This document shows positions 14,035 through 26,167 of a stretch of DNA of 64,000 bases, piece by piece. The stretch lies in contig NC_091980.1 of assembly GCF_044704955.1 (NCBI RefSeq), positions 133,362,001 to 133,426,000 of the forward strand, read 5' to 3'. Within the stretch, counting starts at the first letter, position 1. Every line of letters starts with the position of its first letter. Both the position numbers and the translations under genes were made by a program. The notes beneath the pieces are model-generated. The model had not been told where the DNA came from and did no database searches. It saw only the letters and a program-made list of their open reading frames with translations. This DNA comes from Pristiophorus japonicus (Eukaryota).

Positions 14035-14215
14035 AAAGAACACAGATGCATTTAAGGGGAAGCTGGATAAATACATGAGGCAGAAAGGAATAGAAGGATA
14101 TGCTGATAGGTCTAGATGAAGTGTAGTGGGAGGAGACTCACACGGTGCATAAACAACAGCATGGGCGAGTTGGACCAAATGGCCTTTTTCTGTGCTGTAA
14201 ATTAGATGTAATTCT
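14035..14215 (+). mobile_element. CR1 3' fragment (counterpart at about 29720-29900)
   Basis: GATGCATTTAAGGGGAAGCTGGATAAATACATGAGG CR1 3' end, preceding the same unique sequence as at 29900. Confidence 0.75.
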
Positions 14216-15495
14216 TAAAACACGGGCACCTGGGAAGTTTTTCACATCGAGTGAGCTGGAGACTTTGTCAGAAACATGAAGCCGTCAAACCCATCAGCAC
14301 GCAAACCCCAGCCAACTCGTGGAATTGTGGCTCATCAATCTGTGAAATCTTGTGACATCGATACCCCAAAAGTGCCTTTGAGAGTTGCAAAGACATTAAC
14401 ATGGAATGGATGAAGATGGCAATTTAATTGCACCCAATTCATTTTCTCAACTAAATTTTAAAACTAACTTGTAAACACTGGATTATTAAAGCTGTAGCTG
14501 AATCGGGGTGAAGGCGAGAAAGGGAGATCCAGCAGGATTTGGACAGATTAATTGCTATTTGGTATGAAATACAAAATGGGACTAAATATAAATTGATACA
14601 TTGGGTTGATGAATTGAGGGATTAGGCTTTGGGGTCTGGGGTTTGGGGAGGGGGGAATGCTTTTCAAGATAAATGTGTTTAACTTTTGGGCCTTTTGCTT
14701 TGGTCATTTAATGAAATACATTTATTCCTTGCAGAAGGATAATATGTGTTGGAGTACAGTTGCACAAGTATTCCTTCAATACCTTACCCAATTCCTTATT
14801 CATGTGTGAATCTAACTTGTGTTAGTAAGTTATTCAACCATGAGGGGAGCGGGTGGAAGAGAATCTGTCCCAGAACCACCACACTCGGGTATCCACACTA
14901 ACCAATGAAGCTGTGACAGTAAGCTGATGGCAGCTGTTGCTTTCCCTCCTCACCCAATTGTAGTCCCCGGGGTTCAATGCACTCAGACATTACTGGTCTG
15001 TACAGCAGTTGGAGCTCTGCCTATAAAGCTTAACAGAAAGTCTACAGCAGCAGTGATCGGTTTAGTTACTGAACAACCTGCAATAATAACTGAACAGAAT
15101 CGGCAGCAGCTGCTGAATACAAACTGCTAATTCCAGGGCCGATGCAGTTATTAAATAGGATGCTAATCCAGGCCTGAAATGGTGTAACTGTAAATCATTC
15201 CCTGTGTTTAACACGTGTTACGGCAACTTGTATTTTGTCGTATGGAGTTTTCATTTATGTAAGAGCAGAGAGAATGTTCACTAGTGGGAACAGGTATTTT
15301 TATTCAGCTGTCTTGAGCAAGCTCTGGAGTTCCCTTCCTAAACCTCAGTACCTCCTTTATTACACTTCTTAAAAACCTACCTCTGACCATGCTTTGTCCC
15401 TCGTCAATAACGCATGTGGCGGTCAATTGTCTGAACATTATAGATCTTACAACATGGTTCCGAATATCCAACATTACACCAGAGGAAACACAAAA
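14216..15495. repeat. Segmental-duplication unit flanking the ferritin 3' end (paralogous to 29900-30082 + 39916-40980, and in part to 6160-6690 + 13930-14035)
   Basis: Direct similarity, e.g. CACATCGAGTGAG, GACATTAACATGGAA, AAGTCTACAGCAGCAGT and ACATTACACCAGAGGAAACA in each copy. Confidence 0.88.
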
Positions 15496-15941
15496 TTCTG
15501 AGGGGAGAGGATCAACAGCCAGATTTGATGGTTCATGTCGGGACCAACGACATAGGTAGAAAGAGGGATGAGGTCCTGCAGGCAGAGTTTAGGGAGCGAG
15601 GAGAGAGATTAAAAAGCAGGACTTCAAAGGTAGTAATCTCCGGATTACTCCTGGTGCCACGAGCCAGTGAGTACAGAAATAGGAGGATAGAGCAGATGAA
15701 TACGTGGCTTGAGAGATGGTGCAGGAGGGAGGGCTTTGCATTCCTGAGACACTGGGACCGCTTTTGGGGGAGATGGGATCTGTACAAGCCGGACCGGTTG
15801 CAGCTCAACAGCGCCGGGACCAATATCCTCGTGGGGCGGGCTGGTGGGTGGGGGATGATGGTTGCTAGTGCTGTTGGAGAGGGTTTAAACTAGCTTGGCA
15901 GGGGGATGGGAACCTGAGAATAGAGTCAGTAGGGAGGGGAG

Positions 15942-16380
15942 TGATAGAGAATTTAAACAGGCTGCATTTAGACAGAATATGAAAAAACACATGAACCATC
16001 AAATCTGGCTGTTGATCCTCTCCCCTCAGAATTTTGTGTTTCCTCTGGTGTAATGTTGGATATTCGGAACCATGTTGTAAGATCTATAATGTTCAGACAA
16101 TTGACCGCCACATTTAGTCATCAATCAACTTGACATTTTCAGACCTTGGGTAGCGAGCCAATTAAAACGTTAAAAGACTTTCAATTGAGCCAATAAGGTC
16201 AAAGAAGGCGAGTTCTTTTCTGTAAATTGATCCAGGTATAAATACAGCCATTTTGACCATGTGGTTTCAGTAAGACAAAGGAACTGGCAATCAGCCAGCA
16301 GCTTGTTACTCTCTGCCAAGATTAAAAAGTTAAAACTACCATCGGAGTTCGTATTTCAATGGAAATTAAGAGATCTAACA
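15942..16380 (+). mobile_element. Probable solo LTR inserted in the CR1
   Basis: TG...AACA termini, flanks GGGAG / GGGAC (5-bp TSD, one mismatch), CCAAT boxes, TATAAA at 16237, ATTAAA at 16321. Confidence 0.65.
15989..16113 (-). repeat. 125-bp perfect inverted copy of 15414-15538
   Basis: Exact reverse complement by inspection. Confidence 0.93.
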
Positions 16381-17001
16381 GGGACTAAAGCTAGAATTGG
16401 AAAGCAAAAATGTAGAGTTAATTTTAAGGACAGAGGAAACAAGCAGGAAAAAATGGTACAAAAATTTTAAAAGCTCTTGGTCTAAATGCAAATGCACGTA
16501 GCATTCATAACAAAATAGATGAGTTGACGGCACAAATAGATACAAATGGGTATGATCTGATAGCTATTACAGAGACGTGGTTGCAAGGTGACCAGGACTG
16601 GGAACTAAATATTATGGGGTATTTCACAATTCGGAAGGACAGACAAAAAGCAAAATGAGGTGGGGTAGCACTGTTAATAAAGAATGAGAACAGTGCGTTA
16701 GTGAGAAACTATATTGGTTCAGAGAATCACGATGTTGAATCAGTTTGGGTGGAGATAAGGAATAATAAAGTGAAAAAGTCACTGGTCGGCCTAGTCTATA
16801 GGCCCCTTAACAGTAGCTACACTGTTGGACGGAATATAAATCTAGAAATAATGGAGGCTTGTAATAAAGGAACGGCAATAATCATGGGCGATTTTAACAT
16901 TCTTATTAATTGGTCAAAGCAAATTGGCCAGAGTAGCATTGAGGAAGAATTCATAGAGTGTATCCTGGATTGTTTCCTTGAACAGCACGTTGCAGAACCA
17001 A

Positions 17002-17345
17002 TCAAAGATCTGTTACTGTGTACCTGAGGCAAGGGTCCAGGGACACCTCGGGCCAGCCCACACTGCGATATGTGTGCACACTTGGCCCCTGCAGCAGAGC
17101 TGGTCTCCAGTCGTCTTGGGTAATCCTTGCCACTGGACCAAGACCTAGCTCTGTCAATCCAGTGTGATGGCTGGTGTGCAACGGCCACCACATAGTTAAA
17201 GAAGTTCAGGACCTGGAACGTCCATGCACAGGCATCTTCCATGCTTCAAGATGTAGTTTGGGATCTGGAATATTAGGTCCTTCATTGAACACATCCTTTT
17301 TTGTTGTGGAAGCAAGTCATCCTCGTTTCAATGCCTTTGATGGTG
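17002..17345 (+). mobile_element. Short non-coding insertion with RTE-like 3' tail (RTE-dependent SINE or fragment)
   Basis: Interrupts the CR1 endonuclease; ends GTGGAAGCAAGTCATCCTCG...TGATG, similar to the RTE tail at 45420-45468. Confidence 0.5.
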
Positions 17346-17867
17346 ACTGTGTAATGAGACAGGATTAATAAATGATCTCATAGTAAAGGATCCTCTCGGA
17401 AGGAGTGACCATAACATAGTTGAATTTTAAATTCAGTTGGAGGGTGAGAAAGTTGGTTCTCAAACCAGGGTCCTATGCTTAAATGGTATGAGGGCACAGT
17501 TAGCTAAAGTGGATTGGGAAAATAAACTAAAGTATGGGACGGTTGATAAGCAGTGGCAGACATTTAAGGAGATATTTCATAACTCGCAACAAAAATATAT
17601 CCCAATGAGAAGGAAAGACTGTTAGAGAAGGGATCACCATCTGTAGCTAACTAAGGAAATAAGGGCATACAATATGGCCAAAACTAGTGGGAGGCTAGAG
17701 GATTGGGAAATTTTTAAAAGCCAGCAAAGAACGACTAAAAAAATGATAAAGAGAGGGAAGATAGATTATGAAAGTAAATTAGCACGAAATATAGAAACAG
17801 ATAGTAAGAGTTTCTACAGGTACATCAAAAATAAAAGAGTGACGAAAGTATATGTTTCTATGTAAAC

Positions 17868-18411
17868 AATATTAGCTCAGAGGATCAGGATGTTGAATCA
17901 GTTTGGGTGGAGATAAGGAATAATAAAGGGAGTGCAGCGAAGGTTCACTAGACAGATTCCCAGGATGGTAGGACTGACATATGAGGAGAGACTGGATCGA
18001 CTGGGCCTGTATTCACTGGAGCTTAGAAGGATGAGAGGGGATCTCATAAAATTCTGACGGGACTGGACAGGTTAGATGCAGGAAGAATGTTCCCGATGTT
18101 GGGGAAGTACAGAGCCATGGGACATAGTCTAAGGATAAGGGGTAAGCCATTTAAGACTGAGATGAGGAGAAACTTCTTCACTCAGAGAGTTGGTTAACCT
18201 GTGGAATTCCCTACCGCAGAGAGTTGTTGATGCCAGTTCATTGGATATATTCAAGAGGGAGTTAGATATGGCCCTTACAGCTAAAGGGATCAAGGGGTAT
18301 GGAGAGAAAGCAGGAAAGGGGTACTGAGGTGAATGATCAGCCATGATCTTATTGAATGGTGGTGCAGGCTCGAAGGGACGAATGGCCTACTCCTGCACCT
18401 ATTTTCTATGT
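17868..18411 (+). mobile_element. CR1 3' fragment nested in the CR1
   Basis: Encodes CR1 ORF2 C-terminal motifs (GLTYEERLDRLG, EMRRNFF); ends CCTATTTTCTATGT. Confidence 0.8.
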
Positions 18412-19368
18412 GCACTAGAGGATGAGACTGGGGAATGAATAATGGAGAACAGGGAAATGGCAGAGACGTTGAACAAATATTTTGTATTGGTCCTCACAGC
18501 AGAAGACACTAAAAACATCCCAATAGTACATAATCAACGGGCTATCGGACAGGAGGAACTTAATACAATCATTATCACCAATGAAGTAGTACTCAGAAAA
18601 TAATGGAACAAAAGGCGGACAGGTCCCCTGGACCTGATGGCTTACATCCTAGGGTCTTAAATGAAGTGCTTGCAGAGATAGTGGTTGTAATCTACCAAAA
18701 TTCCCTGGATTCTGGGGCGGTACCAGCGGATTGGAAAACCGCAAATTTAATGTCCCTATTTAAAAAAGGAGGCAGACAAAAAGCAGGAAACTATAGACAA
18801 ATTAGCCTAACATCTGTCGTTGGGAAAATGCAGGAGTCCATTATTAAGGAAGCAGTAACGGGACATTTGGAAAAGCATAATTCAATCAAGCAGAGTCAGC
18901 ATAGTTTAATGAAAGGCAATTCATGTTTGACAAATTTGCTGCAGTTCTTTGAGGATGTGATGAGCAGGGTGGATAAGGGGGAACCAGTGGATGAGGTGTA
19001 TTTGGATTTTCAGAAGGCATTCGAAAAGGTGCCACTTAAGACGTTACTGCACAAAATAAAAGCTCACGGGGTTGGGGATAATTAATTAGCATGGATAGAA
19101 GATTGGCTAACTAATAGAGAATCAGGAGAAATGGGTCACTTTCCGGTTGGCAAACAGTGATGAGTGAGGTGCCACAGGGAATCGGTGCTGAGTCCTCAAC
19201 TATTCACAATTTATATTAATGACTTGGATGAAGGGACCGAGTGTAATGTGATCAAGTTTGCTGATGATACAAAGATGGATGGGAAATTGTGAGGAGGACA
19301 CAAGAAATCTGCAAAGAGATATAGACAGACTAAGTGAATGGGCAAAAATTTGGAAACATAGAAACATA

Positions 19369-21545
19369 GGGGCCAAGTTTTGGCCTGAGTTGCTCCTGTT
19401 TTTTTGGAGCAACTGGTTTAGAATGGAGTATCTTAGAAATTGCAATTCTCGGCATTTAGTTTGCTCCAGTTCTAGTCAGTTAGAACAGTTTCAGTTTGGA
19501 ACAGAATTTTTTTTAAAGGGGACGTGTCCGGCCACTTACGCCCGTTTTGAAAGTTTAGGCAGTGAAAACTTACTCCAAACTAACTTCGAATGGAGTAAGT
19601 GTAGATTTTTGTACGCTCAGAAAAATCTTGTCCACACTTAGAAAATCAGGCGTAGGTTACAAATCAGGCATAGGGAAAGGCGGGGTGGGGGGGGCGGTTT
19701 AAAGGGAAGTTTACAAACATTAAACACTTCAGTTTTACAAAAAGAGCCATCATCAATAATAAATGATAAATACATCAATAAATCAACCAATAAATCAATC
19801 AAAAAAAATTAATAAAAAATAAAAAAAAGTTTAAAAATCAATAAATAAAACATTTTATACTTATTGACTGCAGCACCGGGAGTCCTTCAACAGCATGCTG
19901 GGACGTCCCCGCCCCGTCTCTCTGTCAGTGTCTCTATTTCTCTGTCTGTCTGTCTCTCTCACTTTCTGTCTGTCAGTGTCTGTGTTTCTGACAGCGAGGG
20001 GTGCAGGGGAGGGGGGGGAGGGGGAAGAGGGTGAGTGGGGGAGGGGGAGGAGGGGGGGAGGATGGAGTGGGGAGGGGGAGGAGGTGGAGGGGAGTGGAGG
20101 GGAGGGGGTGGAGGGGGGGTGAATGGGGAAGGGGGTGGAGGGAGGGGGGAGTAGGAGGGGTGGGAGGAGGGGGGTGAGAGGGGGAGGGGGATGGGGGGAG
20201 GAGGGGGGGTGAGAAGGGAGGAAGGGGGGAGAGAAGGGAGGCGGGGGAGAGAAGGGGGGGGATGTCGGTCGGTCGGGGGGGGTGTCGGTCGGTCAGTCGG
20301 AGGAGGGGGTCAGGGGTCAGTCGGTCGGTCGGGGCGGGGGGTTGGTCGGTCGGCCGGTCGGGGGGTGGGGGGGAGAGGTCGGGAGCGGAGGTCGGTCGGG
20401 GGTTGGGGGGGGGTTGGGAGAGGTCGGTCGGGAGCCGAGGTCGGTCGGTGGGGTGCGGGGAGAGGTCGGTCGGGAGCGGAGGTCGGTCGGGGGGTGGGGG
20501 GGAAAGAGGTCGGGAGTGGAGGTCGGTCGTGGGTGGGGGATGTTGGGAGAGGTCGGTCGGGAGCCGAGGTCGGTCGGTGGGGTGGGGGGAAGAGGTCGGT
20601 CGGGAGCCGAGGTCGGTCGGTGGGGTGGGGGGAAGAGGTCGGTCGGGAGCCGAGGTCGGTCGGGGGTGGGGGTGGAGAGGTCGGCAGTGGAGGTCGGTCG
20701 GGGGTGGGGGTGGAGAGGTCGGCAGTGGAGGTCGGTCGGGAGCGGAGGTCGGTCGGGAGTTGGGGGAGAGATCGGTCGGGAGCGGAAGTCGGTCGGGGGT
20801 GGGGGTAGAGAGGTCGGGAGTGGAGATCGGTTGGGAACGGAGGTCGGTCGGGAGGTGGGGGAAGGGGTGGGGGAAGGGGTGGGGAGAGGTCGGTTGGGGG
20901 CGGAGGTCGGTCGATCGGTCGGGGAGGGGGGGGTCGGTCGGGGGGGGCGCGGAGGTCAGTCGGTGGGGGAGAGGTCGGTAGCAGAGGTCGGTCGGGGGGG
21001 CAGAGGTCGTGAGCGGAGGTCGGTCAGGGGAGGGGGGGGGGAAGAGGTCGGGAGCGGAGGTCGGTTGGGGGGGGGGAAGGTCAGGAGCAGAGGTCGTGGG
21101 GGAGGTCGGGAGCGGGGGAAGCGGAGGTTGGGTCGGTGGGGGGGGGTGGTCGGGTGGGGGAGGGGAGTGGGAGTTAGGTCGGGTCCCGGTCCGGAGGAAG
21201 CAGGAGCTGGGTGTGGAAGGCAGCCTTATCGACGCAGCCCCAGTGAGGCCATTCGGCCAGGGCTAGGGGCTGCGTGCTTCGGGCCCCTCCCACACAGTTT
21301 TGGGCGCCTGGAGCTACTGCACATGCGCGCCCACTGTAGCGCGCCTGTGCAGAGGTCCCAGCACTGTTTTCAGCGCGGGGACCTGGCTCCACCCCCCCGC
21401 AGCTTGTGCTGCACCGCGCCCAGCTCCAGAGAGCCTGCAGGGAGCCGGAGAATAGGTAAGTTTTTTTTAGGCGCACTTTGTGGCGCGAAAAACAGCGTCC
21501 AGGTCGGGGCTGCGCCGTTCTAGGCGCGGCCCGAAACTTGGGCCC
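19369..21545. mobile_element. Non-autonomous PIF/Harbinger-like DNA element, copy B (inverted relative to copy A)
   Basis: TIRs GGGGCCAAGTTT...AAACTTGGGCCC; flanks ATA / ACA (3-bp TSD, one mismatch); arms near-identical to copy A. Confidence 0.8.
19995..21200. repeat. G-rich low-complexity tract and (GGTC)n/GAGGTCGGTCGG minisatellite inside the DNA element
   Basis: Dozens of GGTCGGTCGG units interspersed with G runs. Confidence 0.9.
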
Positions 21546-23654
21546 ACAGAAAATAGTTGCAGAAGTGGGCCATTCGGCCTTTCGAGCCTGCACCACCATT
21601 CAATATGATCATGGCTGATCTTTCAACTTCAGCACCCCATTCCTGCTTTCTCTCCATATTCTTTGATCCCTTTAGCCGTAAGGGCCACATCTAACTCCCT
21701 TTTGAATATATCTAACGAACTGGCCTCAACAACTTTCTGTGGTAAAGAATACCACTCGTTCACAATTCTCTGAGTGAAGAAGTTTCTCCTCATCTCGGTC
21801 CTAAATGGCTTACCCCTTATCCTTAGACTGTGACCCCTGGTTCTGGACTTCCCCAACATCGGGAACATTCTTCCTGCATCTAACCTGTCCAATCCCCTCT
21901 CATTCTTCTAAATTCCAGTGAATATAAGCCTAATCGATCCAGTCTTTCTTCATATGTCAGTCCTGCCATCTGTCTGGTGAACCTTCGCTGCACTCCCTCA
22001 ATAGCAAGAATGTCCTTCCTCAGATTAGGGGACCCAAACCGTACAAAATATTGAAGGTGTGGCCTCACCAAGGCCCTGTACAACTGCAGTAAAACCTCCC
22101 TGCTCCTATACTCAAATCCTCTCACTATGAAGGCCAACATGCCATTTGCGTTCTTCACCACCTGCTGTACCTGCATGCCAACTTTCAATGACTGGTGTAC
22201 CATGACACCCAGGTCTCATTGCACCTCCCCTTTTTCTAATTTATCACCATTCAGGTAACATTCTGCCTCCCTGTTTTTGCCACCAAGTGGATAACCTCAC
22301 ATTTATTTACATTATACTGCATCTGCTATACATTTGCCCACTCACCTAACCCATCCAAGTCACACTGCAGCCTCTTAGCATCCTCCTCACAGCTCACACT
22401 GCCATCCAGCTTAGAGTCATCTGCAATCTTGGAGATATTGTATTCGATTCCTTCATCCAAATCATTAATGTATATTGTAAATAGCTGGGGGCCCAGCACC
22501 GAACCTTGCGGTACCCCACTAGTCACTGCCTGCCATTCTGAAAAAGGACCCGTTTATTCCTACTCTTTGCTTCCTGTCAGCCAACCAGTTCGCTATCCAC
22601 GTCACTACATTATTTCCAATACCATGTGCTTTCATTTTGCACACTAATCTCTTGTATGGGACCTTGTCAAAAGACTTCTGAAAGTCCAAATACACCACAT
22701 CCACTGGTTTTCCCTTGTCCACTCTACTTATTACATCCTCAAAAATTTCTCGAAGATTTGTCAAGCATGATGGAGTATAATGTGGGAAATGTGAGGTTAC
22801 CCACTTTGGCAGAAATAATAGAAAAGCAAATTCTAATTTAAATGGAGAAAAATTGCAAAGTGCTGCAGTACAGAGGAAAGGAGTTGGGGGTCTTTGTGCA
22901 TCAAACACAGAACGTTAGCATGCACGTACAGCAAGTAATCAAAGGGGCTAGAGTATAAAAGCAGAGAAGTCCTGCTACAACTGTACAGGGTGTTTGTTAG
23001 GCCACACCTGGAGTACTGCATACAGTTTTAGTCTCCGTATTTAAAAAAAAAGATACTTGCATTGGAGGCTCTACAGAGAAGGTTCACGAGGTTGATTGCG
23101 GAGATGAGGGGGGGTCGACTTATGAAGTATAGGCTCAACCTATCTGCATTAGAGTTCAGAAGAATGCAAGGTGATCTTATTGAAACATAAGCTAATGAAG
23201 GGGCTTGATGATGAGGTAGATGCAGAGAGAATATTTCCACTCACAGGAAACAAACTATGGGACATAGTCTCAGAATAAGGGGCTGTCCATTTAGATCCAT
23301 GATGAGGAGGAATTTCTTTTCAGAGGATTGTAAATCTATGGAATTCTCTTCCCCATAGAGCAATAGATACTGGGTCATTGTCTCTCTGCCTTAAAAGATA
23401 TTTAGACTTTTGAATGATAAAAAGGGAGTAAAGGGTTATGAGGAGCAGGTAGGGAAGTGGAGTGGAGTCCATGATCAGATCAGCAGGCTTGAGGGGCCAA
23501 ATGGCCTGCTCCAATTTCTTGTATTCTTAAAATTTCAGAATCCCATAACTGTTACACAGCTCAGTGCAATTCTTCATTGATGCAAACCAAGTTAGGTTAA
23601 TAGAAAATAAGCAACCACTCAAACTTAGACAAATCGCAGTCCAATTTTGAACAG

Positions 23655-23660
23655 TTTATT
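23655..23660 (-). terminator. Polyadenylation signal of ferritin copy 1
   Basis: Minus-strand AATAAA about 145 nt after the stop codon; the same position is conserved in copy 2 (41110-41115). Confidence 0.7.
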
Positions 23661-23804
23661 TATAGTTATGTTACATTTCACATCAAGAGCCCGGGTAACA
23701 CAGCTCTTCGTACAAAGCCACAAGCCATCATTCGCTACAGGACAGGGACCCTAATTATATAAATACAAGTACTAAACACAATAAACTTGATCCCTTCAGT
23801 CAGT

Positions 23805-25648
<1,844 letters not shown>

Positions 25649-25699
25649 CTTTATTCTTTTTTACAAATCTAAACTTTGTTGAAACAACAAACTGAAATT

Positions 25700-25890
25700 T
25701 AGCCAACTTCAAACTCCTGTATTTATACTGCTGGATAATCCAGGGCTTGACAGCCTAGAGGATGAGTGACAGTCCTCATTATCCAATCAGAAGTTGCAGC
25801 CTCTCAGAGCACCAATCAAGTAATAGGAGGAGGGGAGATGGGCTCCCAGAGCCAGTCAGATCTTTGAAGAATGAGCATCATTGGCTGACA
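25700..25890 (-). promoter_or_regulatory. Ferritin copy 1 promoter: TATA box (25722-25727) and several CCAAT boxes
   Basis: Minus-strand TATAAATA about 75 nt upstream of the ATG; CCAAT at about 25783 and 25812, ATTGG at about 25880; block conserved in copy 2. Confidence 0.7.
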
Positions 25891-25984
25891 ACTCAATGAG
25901 GATCTCAATTGTCCGAAACACAGTTCAAATATCCAGAATCACAGCTTTAAATGAATCCTCTACTCTTTAGGCTAATCAATTGGG

Positions 25985-26167
25985 TAAACTTATAAGTGCC
26001 CCTTTATGAGGGGGAATAAACTATGTTACAAATCTGACAAAACTAACATAAAAACTTTTCAAATTATAATTTAATTTCCTGTATGCATTCCAGTCCCTCT
26101 GGTGCCCACCGGTCACCGAAAGCCTCAAGCATACTGGCAGATACCGCATGCTCGCTCTCCAAGGACA
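25985..26167 (-). mobile_element. Tx1/L1-clade LINE extreme 3' fragment
   Basis: Translates to SLESEHAVSASMLEAFGDRWAPEGLECI, homologous to the 44436-44640 fragment. Confidence 0.65.

Larger units (their letters stand above)
19352..22767 (-). mobile_element. CR1 LINE 3' portion, containing Harbinger-like copy B in its tail
   Basis: [27 protein letters not shown] and EMRRNFFTQR motifs on the minus strand; (GAAACATA) tail at 19353-19368. Confidence 0.88.
15496..23530 (+). mobile_element. Long CR1 LINE (ORF1 SGNH esterase, endonuclease, RT, 3' end), fragmented by nested insertions
   Basis: ORF1 VHVGTNDIGR...VVISGLL (15525-15893); EN IIMGDFN (16701-17027); RT SPGPDGLHPRVL, VYLDFQKAF (18603-19085); resumes at about 22770-23530. 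Confidence 0.88.

Noticed and set aside
20191-21523. 205-413 aa Gly/Arg/Ser/Val ORFs; also considered as a CRISPR-like array
   Set aside because: All frames are open because the GGTC minisatellite lacks stops. There are no unique spacers or cas genes, and the context is eukaryotic.
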